From Bdellovibrionales bacterium (GTDB taxonomy: Bacteria; Bdellovibrionota; Bdellovibrionia; Bdellovibrionales; UBA1609): a stretch of 64,000 bases of DNA. Within the stretch, counting starts at the first letter, position 1; every line of letters starts with the position of its first letter. A model generated the notes under the pieces. That model searched no databases. It saw only the letters and a program-made list of their open reading frames with translations, and was not told the DNA's origin. The stretch is from the NCBI GenBank assembly GCA_965203785.1, contig OZ241911.1, forward strand, positions 548,109 through 612,108, in the 5' to 3' direction. Position numbers and translations under genes: made by a program. Positions 37,798 through 47,150 of this stretch are shown here, in pieces.

Positions 37798-40677
37798 TTA
37801 AATCATCTCCCATTCTATTTCAAAAACGATGTTCTCTTTAATATTTTGTTTAAGGCAGGTTTCAATATTATCAATTAATTGTTCTTTTTTGTATTCAATC
37901 TCTTTTTTAGCTATTTCGTATTCTTTCCATGCTTTGTCTCTTTTATTTTCTGTATCACTAACCTGTTTTTGAAGTTTAATTTTTTCAGGCAAAGAATTAG
38001 CTTTACGAGCTGATCTTCTTAACTCTCTAATATTTTTATCCATGCTTTTTAATTTTTGCTTTAGTGTATTTTTTCTATCCTCTGCCCAGAAATCCAATTT
38101 ATCCATCTCTATATCAAAATTTTTAGAGTTTCTCTCTGTAACCTTATTAGTAATTTTTACTTTTTCTTTTTCATACATGCTCGTTAGCTTTTCAGTAGTG
38201 ACTTGATTTTGTATATCAGATATTTGAGCTGGAATCAAAAAAAGCTTTGAACATTGTTCTGTATCTAAAGCTTCTCCTGTGTTAGTGATGGCAGAAAAAA
38301 CCAAATAATCTTCTTTCTCAAAACTACGTATAGTAAGCTTCGTTAGTCTTAACAAACCTGATTTGCCAATAAATCCCTTTAGTATACTAATTTTTGGACC
38401 TTTTCTATAATTAAAAATTAATCTTTTTTTATCTGTTTTTTTACTAAGAACTTGATCTATAATTTTTTCTGCTAATGGGTGATTGGGTCTATATATATGA
38501 GAATCTTGTATATTATTGCCCATTTTATAAGGTCCTAAAGGGATGGTATTTAAATCAAAAGGTCTTATTTTTAAATTAAAAATGTAGTTGTTGGGTTCAA
38601 ATATAGCATTATCCTTTAAAATTAATTTTGTAATTTCCCAGAGCCATTTTTCATGTTTATCTAAGTAGATTTTTCCATTTTTTTTATGAGTTCTTAATTT
38701 TTCATGAACCTCTTCATCAAAGTTTTCGATTAGTTTTTGTCTTGTGTGTTTCATTTTTTCATCAATGGGTTGAGACATTTCTTCTTGTAAATTATCAAAA
38801 GCTTTGTTAATTTCTTCTAAAGTGCGACACTTTTGGTAGATGTTTAAAATTCTTTTTTCAAAATCAACTCCAGATTCAATACTTCCCAATACTTCATCAC
38901 TAGCTCCAAAAATACCTTCAAAAAGTTTGAATTTTTCTGAAAGCAATTGAAATACTCTTTTGTCTGCTTCATTCTTTTTATTTAAAAAATTTACCACTAC
39001 AACATCATGTTTTTGTCCATAACGATGACATCTTCCAATTCTTTGCTCAATCCTCTGAGGATTCCATGGCAAATCATAATTTACTATAAAGGAGCAAAAT
39101 TGTAAATTGATACCTTCAGCAGCAGCTTCTGTAGCAATCATAATTTGAGCTGTGTGTTTAAAGTAATCCACTAGAGCTGATCTCATATCTGCTGTTCTGG
39201 ATCCTGTAATACAGTCAGAATCTTTATTTTTACTTTTCCAATCTTGATAAATTTGTTTTGATTTATCATCGTTATTTGATCCGTTAAATAAAACAATTTT
39301 ATCAGTATATTCAGTTTTACTTAATAATTCTAAAAGATAGTTTTGTGTTCTCCTGGATTCTGTAAAAATTATTACTCTCTCCATAGCATCTAATTCTTTT
39401 GCTTTTGCAAAGCCTGCCTTGAGAGCCTTTAAAAGAGATTGTCCCTTTGTATTTTCTTTTATAGAAAATGCTAAATCTCTAAACTCCTTTAGTTCATCAA
39501 TTTCCCCTTCTATCGCTTGTCTGTTTGATTCAGATAATTCAGGTTGAATTGAATTTTTTTCTTCATCCCATTCTTCTTTTGTATTTTCAAAAGATTCAAA
39601 ATCTTCTGAAAGTTTTTCTTCTGCCTTATTTGTTTGGTTTAAGTCATTTTTTAGTAAAACTTCTAACCTGTTAATCATTTTTGTTAAGGCTCCATGAATA
39701 GCAAATGTAGAAGACGCCAAGAGCTTTCTTAAAACCAGTGTAATTAGTTGCCTTTGGCTGGAAGGGAGAGCTTTAAGATTTTCTCTTTGCAGATAATTTG
39801 ATATTTTTTCATATAAAACTTGTTCTTCCCTCTTAGGAGTAAATTCTTCAGTCATTGAGATCCGTTTTGTATATCGAACATATTCTTTAACCTGCCTTCT
39901 TAAAGTGCGTTGACAAACTAAAGCCAGTCTATTTTTAAGTTCTTTATAAAGTTCTTCATTTGATCCAATCCGTGAGGAATATTGAGATTTAAAGCTTATT
40001 TCATCTCCGAAAATATGTTTATCTACAAAGCTGGTGAGACCATAAAGTTCCATAAGAGAATTTTGTAAAGGTGTCGCTGTAAGTAAAATTTTAGGGATAT
40101 TCTTAAATGTATCTCTTAAAGAACGAGCAATCTTATTTTGTGGTTTATAAACATTTCTTAGTCTATGAGCTTCATCAATAACAATTAAATCCCATTTGAT
40201 TTGGTTGGCATATTTTGATTTGTTTCTTGCAAATTGGTAAGAGCAAATGACTAACTCATTATTTCTTTGAAATGGATTTTCCATATCTTGTTTGATGTTG
40301 ATATTGAAAGATCTTGTTTCTAATATACAAGAAGGTAAGAAAAACTTTTCTGAAAGTTCTTGATTCCATTGTTTTCTTAAACTAGAAGGGACTATAATTA
40401 AAAGATTTCTTTTTCTTTCAGCCCATTTTTGAGACAACAAAATACCTGCTTCAATAGTTTTTCCAAGTCCTACTTCATCAGCTAAAATTGCACCTTTTGA
40501 TAGAGGAGATTTAAAAGCAAATAAGGCTGCATCCACCTGATGAGGATTCAAATCTACTTGAGCAGACATTAAAGTTGAAATAAGCCCTTCAATATCGCCA
40601 GATGGTCGGCGTTTTGTTAGCTCCTGAGCATAATACTTAGCATGGTAGTCTGTTATTTCCATATTTGTATTTTGCAT
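37798..40677 (-). CDS. SNF2-family helicase/translocase
   Basis: LADEVGLGKT, DEAH, LTATP, EGINLQ, YDLPWNPQRIEQRIGRCHRYGQ, C-terminal coiled coil. Confidence 0.92.
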   Translation of the reverse strand: MQNTNMEITDYHAKYYAQELTKRRPSGDIEGLISTLMSAQVDLNPHQVDAALFAFKSPLSKGAILADEVGLGKTIEAGILLSQKWAERKRNLLIIVPSSLRKQWNQELSEKFFLPSCILETRSFNINIKQDMENPFQRNNELVICSYQFARNKSKYANQIKWDLIVIDEAHRLRNVYKPQNKIARSLRDTFKNIPKILLTATPLQNSLMELYGLTSFVDKHIFGDEISFKSQYSSRIGSNEELYKELKNRLALVCQRTLRRQVKEYVRYTKRISMTEEFTPKREEQVLYEKISNYLQRENLKALPSSQRQLITLVLRKLLASSTFAIHGALTKMINRLEVLLKNDLNQTNKAEEKLSEDFESFENTKEEWDEEKNSIQPELSESNRQAIEGEIDELKEFRDLAFSIKENTKGQSLLKALKAGFAKAKELDAMERVIIFTESRRTQNYLLELLSKTEYTDKIVLFNGSNNDDKSKQIYQDWKSKNKDSDCITGSRTADMRSALVDYFKHTAQIMIATEAAAEGINLQFCSFIVNYDLPWNPQRIEQRIGRCHRYGQKHDVVVVNFLNKKNEADKRVFQLLSEKFKLFEGIFGASDEVLGSIESGVDFEKRILNIYQKCRTLEEINKAFDNLQEEMSQPIDEKMKHTRQKLIENFDEEVHEKLRTHKKNGKIYLDKHEKWLWEITKLILKDNAIFEPNNYIFNLKIRPFDLNTIPLGPYKMGNNIQDSHIYRPNHPLAEKIIDQVLSKKTDKKRLIFNYRKGPKISILKGFIGKSGLLRLTKLTIRSFEKEDYLVFSAITNTGEALDTEQCSKLFLIPAQISDIQNQVTTEKLTSMYEKEKVKITNKVTERNSKNFDIEMDKLDFWAEDRKNTLKQKLKSMDKNIRELRRSARKANSLPEKIKLQKQVSDTENKRDKAWKEYEIAKKEIEYKKEQLIDNIETCLKQNIKENIVFEIEWEMI

Positions 40678-40877
40678 TTTAAATACTTCTTAACTTGTAA
40701 AAAAACTATTAGTATCAATATTCCAATAATTAAGATTGCTATTTTATCAGACTTTTGTTGTTTTTTGATCTATTTTATTAAAATATTTGTAATAGATCTC
40801 TTTGTTGACGAATCAGCTACTTGACTCTAATTAAAAAATCACCTGATACAAACCCTACAACTTTGATGATCCCTTAA

Positions 40878-40988
40878 GTGAGTCTATATACCTTATATTT
40901 AGATGATAGTAAATGGGATGGTAACCCCAATGAACCAAAATATATGGTGTGGGGTGCTACTCTTTACTCAAAAAGTTGGACTGCCTAA
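40878..40988 (+). pseudogene. Possible truncated gene fragment (DUF3800-like start)
   Basis: GTG-started 36-aa frame MSLYTLYLDDSKWDGNPNEPKYMVWGATL resembles the YxD(E/D)S...Y.V.G start of DUF3800 proteins. Confidence 0.25.
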
Positions 40989-41404
40989 AATAAAAAACCT
41001 ATCATACTTAGTTTATTAGAACCGTCTATTTATTTCTCTTTTGAATTCCATAATCCATTAGTACAAATAATGGAGTTTAAAGTAATAAAAGATAAGGAGG
41101 AAAGAATTATGCCATCATTACAATGTTCATTAGATGAAGCTATGGAAACGAGTTTAAGAGTGGTTCGGAAATATTTTCCGAACTTTAATTTTGAAGGAGC
41201 TTCAATATACAATTTAATCTCTTTATTTGTAATTTTCACTTGTTTATGTAAAATAGTATGAACTTTCTTGTAAATTTTACAATACCTTTGCAAGATGTTT
41301 GATTACAATACGATTATATAGTTAAATTTAAACTAAAAAAAAACTAAAGAATAAAAGAAAATATTAAACCAAAGAAACAAAAAAACTACAGAGAAGGAGA
41401 AAAA

Positions 41405-42148
41405 ATGAAATCGATTCTAAATAATAGAATATATTTTACTATAGATAAGATAATATCTATCAAAAAGCAAATATCGAACATTATTGTGTATTTGGCGTAC
41501 TCCCTTGTTTTTTGTTTAGGATCTTCTTTGTTTGTTGTTACAGTAGCAACAGCAGAAGAGTCTTCTTTTTGTAAAAAAGTATTTAATTCTGTAGTTTTTA
41601 AAATTCAATCCGTTCAAAAACAGAAAGAAAAACAAAAAGAAGAAAAACAAAAACAAGCAGAAGAAAACGAAAAACAAAAACGAATAAAATCTATTCAAGA
41701 GCGAGATCGATTAGAATTAGTAATAAGTATTAATAATCAACTAAATAGACTAGTTTTAGAGAATAGGGTCCAAGCTGGCATTTTTTCATTCTGGGAGACT
41801 TATGCAAATTTTGATAAATTACCAAAGCAGTATTCAGAAAAATTTGATAAGTTTATAAATCAATATATATTACATACGCGTCAGACAGACAAAGAGCAGA
41901 AGGATTTAATAGATAAAATAGAGCATTTACAATCTCAAAAAAATATGACATTAGCGGATGAAAATCAATTAACATCAAATCTTAATCAGTTGTTTAGGGT
42001 GTATTATCGTTTAATGGACAATCACACAAATTTACTTCAAATGACTAATCGTCAGTTAGAAAATTTGATAGAAGAAAGCAAGGAGTATTTTTTACTACCA
42101 GTTGGTTTAGATGTTCCAAAAAATCAAACCACCTATCGAAGAAAATAA
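41405..42148 (+). CDS. Secreted helical hypothetical protein with CxxxF motif; paralog of 28015
   Basis: AGGAG RBS, signal-like segment (ATA|EE), FCKKVFN, shared blocks with 28015. Confidence 0.8.
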   Translation: MKSILNNRIYFTIDKIISIKKQISNIIVYLAYSLVFCLGSSLFVVTVATAEESSFCKKVFNSVVFKIQSVQKQKEKQKEEKQKQAEENEKQKRIKSIQERDRLELVISINNQLNRLVLENRVQAGIFSFWETYANFDKLPKQYSEKFDKFINQYILHTRQTDKEQKDLIDKIEHLQSQKNMTLADENQLTSNLNQLFRVYYRLMDNHTNLLQMTNRQLENLIEESKEYFLLPVGLDVPKNQTTYRRK

Positions 42149-42159
42149 TTTGAAAAAAA

Positions 42160-42236
42160 TGGTCGGACCGACTGGATTTGAACCAGCGACCTCCACCACC
42201 CCAAGGTGGCACGCTACCAGGCTGCGCCACGGTCCG
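42160..42236 (-). tRNA. tRNA-Pro(GGG)
   Basis: CGGACCG acceptor stem, anticodon arm CCACC-TTGGGGT-GGTGG, GGTTCAAATCC T-arm, encoded CCA. Confidence 0.95.
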
Positions 42237-42340
42237 AAATACATTTTGTCTGCCAGTTAATTTGCCCTACTTACTTTAAAATGACATCCCTCAAATATCC
42301 AAACTATATGGTTTCAAAATTTATTTTTACAACCAAGTCA

Positions 42341-43033
42341 TTACAAACGAGTAATCACTCCTAAGCTGACATAATTCATGGCTCGTTTTGTAACTCCCCA
42401 ACCAGCTTCTATATTGAATTCAAATTTGTGAAAGTAAATAAAAGATAGTTCTCCTCTAATACCAAATGCAATTTGTATCAGACAATCTGTTTTTTTATCT
42501 CCTAACCAAGTTTGCAAAACAATTGGTGTGGATAAATAAGGAGTGATTGGTCCGTAAATGGTGCTAAACTCTTTACTCATTAGGGGTTGAGTATAAATTT
42601 CCAAAAAATGAGATTGAGCATCGGTAAAAGAACTCAGCTTCCAAAATTTTTCTAATCGCCACCCAATACCACCATTAATTCCAATCGCTGGTTGATATCC
42701 GTAATCAGAAAGGGGAATCCATTTTAAAAAAGTTCCTCCTTGCCATCCCGATCTGCCTATTCCCATAAAATATCGTATGTTCATGCTCCGAATACTTAAA
42801 CCCTGATCTAAACGAGCCATTAAATCCCAATTCCACATTTCCTTAACCTTTTTTGGGTTTTGTTGATAGGCGAATTGTCCATAAACAGACATGGCCGATT
42901 TACCAGATCGTAAAAGTTGCCCAGTGTCTACCACGGGAGCTAAAGAAAAGCTCCATGCATGAAAACTCAAACCGCAAACTACCAATAGTTGCTTAATGTT
43001 TTTAGTATTTAGTGTCTTGATATTTAATTTCAT
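42341..43033 (-). CDS. Putative outer-membrane beta-barrel protein
   Basis: Signal peptide (AWS|F), Gly/aromatic beta-strand pattern, C-terminal YVSLGVITRL. Confidence 0.6.
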   Translation of the reverse strand: MKLNIKTLNTKNIKQLLVVCGLSFHAWSFSLAPVVDTGQLLRSGKSAMSVYGQFAYQQNPKKVKEMWNWDLMARLDQGLSIRSMNIRYFMGIGRSGWQGGTFLKWIPLSDYGYQPAIGINGGIGWRLEKFWKLSSFTDAQSHFLEIYTQPLMSKEFSTIYGPITPYLSTPIVLQTWLGDKKTDCLIQIAFGIRGELSFIYFHKFEFNIEAGWGVTKRAMNYVSLGVITRL

Positions 43034-43174
43034 GAAAAATAATTTTCCGTTATGTTAGGAATTTTTATTTATATAAAAAATCAAATTCTGGCAACTGTAA
43101 AACTTGGGATAGATGTAAAAATATGTAAAAGGTTGATTTTTATGTGTTTTGTAGAATAAAGTGTCATATTGTGT

Positions 43175-43252
43175 GGCGGTCGTAGCTCAGTTTGGTAGAG
43201 CACCAGATTGTGGATCTGGTCGTCGCGGGTTCAAGTCCCGTCGATCGCCCCA
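43175..43252 (+). tRNA. tRNA-His(GTG)
   Basis: G-1, GCGGTCG/CGATCGC acceptor stem, anticodon arm CCAGA-TTGTGGA-TCTGG, C discriminator, CCA. Confidence 0.95.
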
Positions 43253-43303
43253 TTATAATAGACCACATTGTAACAGAAATAAATTGTAATAGGAATAAAC
43301 TTA

Positions 43304-44047
43304 ATGCAAAACTCAAATTCTTCTCCCAAAGGATCCTCTGATGAGGGTTCATTACAAAACTCTTTGGATCATCGGATTAGATATTCTTTTAAAAATGTTC
43401 AGCTCAAAGAACTGGCTTTAACCCGCAAAAGTTTTGCTGGTGAAAATGATCAAAAAAATCATAATGAAAGGTTAGAATTTTTAGGAGATGCTGTGTTTGA
43501 ACTTTGTGTAAGTGATCTATTGATGACAGAATATCCCGATGCAGATGAAGGGGATTTATCTAAAATGAGAGCTTCTGTGGTTAATACCAATTATATGGCT
43601 CAGTTGGCTTTGGATCTTAAATTAGATCGGGATATGAAAGTGGGTCTTTCGGAAAGACGAGATCCCGATTCTCTTCCCAATCCTCGCCCACTAGCTAGTG
43701 TTTTAGAAGCAGTAATAGGTGCTGTGTATTTAGATGGGGGTTGGAAAACAGTAAGGAAAGTAGTTAAGAATTTAATAGTGGAAAAGATTAAAAATGGCTT
43801 GATCAATAAAGACTATAAAAGTATTTTACAGGAGTTTACTCAAAAAAAATTTCAAACAATACCGTCTTATAGTTTAATTAAAATTTTTGGACCATCACAC
43901 GAAAAAACATTTATTATGCGAGTTAAACTTGGGGAAAAAAACTTAGGTGAAGGGGAGGGTAGAACAAAAAAGCAAGCTACTCAATCAGCTGCTCTTTCTG
44001 CTCTTAAACATTTTGAAGTTCCCCCTTATATATCTATTAAAAATTAA
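43304..44047 (+). CDS. rnc: Ribonuclease III
   Basis: NERLEFLGDAV, EGDLSKMRA, EAVIGAVYLD, dsRBD (DYKSILQE, GPSH, KKQATQSAA). Confidence 0.96.
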   Translation: MQNSNSSPKGSSDEGSLQNSLDHRIRYSFKNVQLKELALTRKSFAGENDQKNHNERLEFLGDAVFELCVSDLLMTEYPDADEGDLSKMRASVVNTNYMAQLALDLKLDRDMKVGLSERRDPDSLPNPRPLASVLEAVIGAVYLDGGWKTVRKVVKNLIVEKIKNGLINKDYKSILQEFTQKKFQTIPSYSLIKIFGPSHEKTFIMRVKLGEKNLGEGEGRTKKQATQSAALSALKHFEVPPYISIKN

Positions 44048-44066
44048 AGAGATGGGAATATAAAAA

Positions 44067-45431
44067 ATGTTAAAAAAAGTATTGATTGTTGGACGCCCTA
44101 ATGTGGGAAAATCTTCTTTGTTTAATAAATTAGTTCGGCAAAGAAAGGCTTTAGTTTGGAATCAACCGGGAGTGACACGGGATATTTTAAAGCAGAAAGT
44201 GTCTTGGTGGGGAACCGATTTTGAAGTATGGGACTCGGGCGGGTTATGGAATACTAATCGTGAGATCGATCAAAAGGCGATTGACCAGAAAGTGGCTCAA
44301 GCTATTTGCGGTGCAGATATGATAGTACTTATTATGGACGGACGAGTGGGTTGTTTAGATGAAGATAAAAGAACCTTTCGCTTGGTGAAAAAATCTGGAA
44401 AACCATTTTTAGTTCTTGTCAATAAAGTAGATGATTGGAAAAAAAAAGATGAATGGTTGAGTGATTTTTCATCTTTAGGGGTGACTTTGAGAGCCTGTGC
44501 CTTCGAGTCGGATAGAGGGGTGTCTGAAACTGTGGATTGGATCATCCAACACACAAAACAAGCCCCAAAAAAAACAAAAAAAATTAATCTTTCGCTGACG
44601 AATTTTCCTGATCGCTCGCCTTCGAGACGGATTTTAGTGATCGGAAAGCCCAATGCTGGGAAGAGTACTTTATGTAATGTTTTATTGAAGCAAGATCGAA
44701 TGCTAACTTCCCCTATAAAAGGAACCACTGTGGATGTGGTGGAAGAAGTGTTTCAAAGAGGAAATTTTTCTTATCATTTAATGGATACTGCTGGTTTTTG
44801 CCGACCAGAAAATTCAAAAAGTTATCAAAGTTTGGCACAGTTTAAAATGCAACAAAGTTTTAAGTCTTCGGATTTAGTATTACTTTTGGTGGATTCGTTA
44901 GCAGGTCCTAGTCGTCAAGATGCTCGATTGCTAGAAGAATGTACTAAAGCACATAAGGCAGTGATTTTAGTAGTGAGTAAATGGGATCTAAAAAGCGATT
45001 TATCGCAAAATACAGAGCAGAACAAAGAGCAGAGTAAAGAGGATTATCGTAGAAAAGTAAGAGAAAAGTTTTTATTTTATCCTCATTTGCCAGTTGTATT
45101 TATCAGTGCTTTAAAGCAATCGGGGTTGGGTGGGTTGATGAATACAATTGATCAAATCTACAAAAAATTATGTTTTCGCATTTCTACTTCAGAACTTAAT
45201 CGTTTTTTGAATAATATGACTCGTCGGACTCCTTCTCCGGTATGGGGTGTGCAGGATGTGAAATTTTATTATTTCACTCAAACTCATCGGATTCCTCCTT
45301 CTTTTGTTGCATTTGCTAATTATCCTCAGGCGGTATCCCCAGCTTATTGCCGATTTCTTATTCGGCGAATTCAGAAGAATTGGAATTTAAAAGAAATTCC
45401 TTTGCGTATTTCTGTGCAACCTCGCCGTTAA
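44067..45431 (+). CDS. der: Ribosome biogenesis GTPase Der (EngA)
   Basis: Two G domains (GRPNVGKS..PGVTRD..NKVD; GKPNAGKS..GTTVD..DTAG) and a KH-like C-terminus. Confidence 0.95.
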   Translation: MLKKVLIVGRPNVGKSSLFNKLVRQRKALVWNQPGVTRDILKQKVSWWGTDFEVWDSGGLWNTNREIDQKAIDQKVAQAICGADMIVLIMDGRVGCLDEDKRTFRLVKKSGKPFLVLVNKVDDWKKKDEWLSDFSSLGVTLRACAFESDRGVSETVDWIIQHTKQAPKKTKKINLSLTNFPDRSPSRRILVIGKPNAGKSTLCNVLLKQDRMLTSPIKGTTVDVVEEVFQRGNFSYHLMDTAGFCRPENSKSYQSLAQFKMQQSFKSSDLVLLLVDSLAGPSRQDARLLEECTKAHKAVILVVSKWDLKSDLSQNTEQNKEQSKEDYRRKVREKFLFYPHLPVVFISALKQSGLGGLMNTIDQIYKKLCFRISTSELNRFLNNMTRRTPSPVWGVQDVKFYYFTQTHRIPPSFVAFANYPQAVSPAYCRFLIRRIQKNWNLKEIPLRISVQPRR

Positions 45432-45666
45432 AACCCCATCTGTCCAGATGATTACGAATTAAAAAATATTCATTTTTTAATTGAATATTTTTTTTATTTT
45501 TTCTATACATAGAAATATTAAAAAGTATTATTGTGTGGTAGCAATGTAATAAATTGTGGTAACAAGGTAATAAACGATAAAACTCATTGGATCATTTTAA
45601 TTAGATCATTAAATGAGGTTATTAAATGGGGTTGTTCAATTGGATCACTAAAAAAGGGAGGTTCTC

Positions 45667-46017
45667 ATGAGATCTTTACTAAGTATTATTTTTATCAGTT
45701 TGGTGTTTTTACCAGCGATTACAATGGCTCATTGCGGATCTTGTGGTATTGGAGATAAAAAAGATAAAAAATCACGAGAAGCTCAAAGTGGTGAACACAC
45801 TTGTTCTAAAGATGATCATCAATGTAAACATTCTGATCATCATAAACATCCTGTAAAAAAAGCTAAATCTTCTTCATCTACTTCTACTTCTACTTCTTCT
45901 TCGGGAGCGACTACAGCGACTACAGATACCACTCCTTCTGCTAAAAAACCGGTTAAAAACTTAAGAGGTAAGTCAAATAACCAAAAACCAGTTGCAAAGA
46001 AAAGTAAAAATTTATAG
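45667..46017 (+). CDS. Small secreted His/Cys-rich putative metal-binding protein
   Basis: GGGAGG RBS, signal peptide (TMA|H), HCGSC, HTCSKDDHQCKHSDHHKH, Ser/Thr linker, Lys-rich tail. Confidence 0.7.
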   Translation: MRSLLSIIFISLVFLPAITMAHCGSCGIGDKKDKKSREAQSGEHTCSKDDHQCKHSDHHKHPVKKAKSSSSTSTSTSSSGATTATTDTTPSAKKPVKNLRGKSNNQKPVAKKSKNL

Positions 46018-46103
46018 ACTAAGCGACTTAAATGATTAGTTGTTATTTTATAGATGCAATTTTATAGGAGTATTTTTAATACAGTAAAAATTGGAGGGGA
46101 ACT

Positions 46104-46631
46104 ATGGGTTTTATTTTTAGGTGGTGTTTTTATATTTTATTATGGAGTGGTTTAACAGCTTTTAGTAGTGGACTCGAGGGAAGTAGCGAATTAAAAGTAG
46201 CTTATGTGAGCGTTCTCGAATCAGCTATTAATACAGGCGAGCAAAGTAAAATGCGTAAAACTATGGCAAAAGAGCGATCAAAAATAGAGAAAGCGATGAA
46301 GAATAAAGACAGCCAGTTCAAAAAAGAAGCAGATAAGATTAAAGATAAAATCGCCCTTCTTTCGGATGATGAAAAAGCAAAGCAATACGAAAAAATGCAA
46401 AGATTACAATTATCTATGCAACAATTTATGAAGCAGAAAAACATGGAATTTCAAAAAAAAGAGACGGATTTGAATAATCTCTTTATGGATCGCCTTAAAA
46501 AAGTTATTGCTGGTGTAGCAAAAAAAAACAAGGTCAGTGTAGTTCGAAATCGGGATGCTATTTTATGGGTAGTCAATCGATTAGACATCACTCAACAAGT
46601 AGTGAAAGCTTATAAGAAAAAATATAAATAG
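46104..46631 (+). CDS. skp: OmpH/Skp family periplasmic chaperone
   Basis: Signal peptide, KVAYV strand, long coiled coil, LDITQQVV ending; directly upstream of fabZ. Confidence 0.8.
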   Translation: MGFIFRWCFYILLWSGLTAFSSGLEGSSELKVAYVSVLESAINTGEQSKMRKTMAKERSKIEKAMKNKDSQFKKEADKIKDKIALLSDDEKAKQYEKMQRLQLSMQQFMKQKNMEFQKKETDLNNLFMDRLKKVIAGVAKKNKVSVVRNRDAILWVVNRLDITQQVVKAYKKKYK

Positions 46632-46636
46632 AAGGT

Positions 46637-47122
46637 TTGACTTGGGTGTCTAGTGAGGGTTTATTTCTCGATATAGAGGGTATTAAAAAGCTTTTACCCC
46701 ATCGGTATCCGTTTTTAATGGTAGATCGGGTGATGAGTTTAACGCAGAAGCATTCTGGAGTGATCCCTGGTCGGGTGTGTTGGGCACGCAAAAATGTTAG
46801 TTTTGGGGAGCCGTTTTTTCAGGGACATTTTCCCAATCAGCCAATTATGCCAGGAGTGTTAATTTTAGAGGCTTTGGCTCAGACTGGAGCCTTATGTTGT
46901 TGTGGTTTGCAGGGGGATTTACCTATCGAGAATGTTTTTTTTGCTGGATTGGATAAAGTGCGGTTTAAAAAACCAGTTTATCCGGGGGATGTTTTAGATC
47001 TAAAGGTAGAAATTACCAAAAATCGGTCTTCTTTTTATTGGGGTTTGGGAGTGGCCAGTGTGGATCAAACAACAGTGGCTCAGGCAGAAGTATTAGCTCA
47101 TGTTGTTTTTAAAAAAAGCTAA
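46637..47122 (+). CDS. fabZ: 3-hydroxyacyl-ACP dehydratase
   Basis: LPHRYPFLMVDRV, FFQGHFP..PIMPGVLILEALAQ, RFKKPVYPGD. Confidence 0.96.
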   Translation: MTWVSSEGLFLDIEGIKKLLPHRYPFLMVDRVMSLTQKHSGVIPGRVCWARKNVSFGEPFFQGHFPNQPIMPGVLILEALAQTGALCCCGLQGDLPIENVFFAGLDKVRFKKPVYPGDVLDLKVEITKNRSSFYWGLGVASVDQTTVAQAEVLAHVVFKKS

Positions 47123-47150
47123 AAAATAAAAAATAATTATCTCGCATAAT

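Larger units (their letters stand above)
28697..40677 (-). mobile_element. Putative defence island (six-gene operon), no integrase seen
   Basis: Co-oriented, mostly translationally coupled genes opposite to the flanks; visibly more AT-rich; bounded by paralogous genes; near tRNA-Pro. Confidence 0.65.

Noticed and set aside
37798-40677. DISARM, BREX or Zorya assignment based on the SNF2 helicase
   Set aside because: No drmA/drmB/drmC, pglZ/brxC or zorA/zorB homologs nearby
42045-42230. 61-aa ORF (and 43164-43352)
   Set aside because: Both overlap tRNA genes and are spurious
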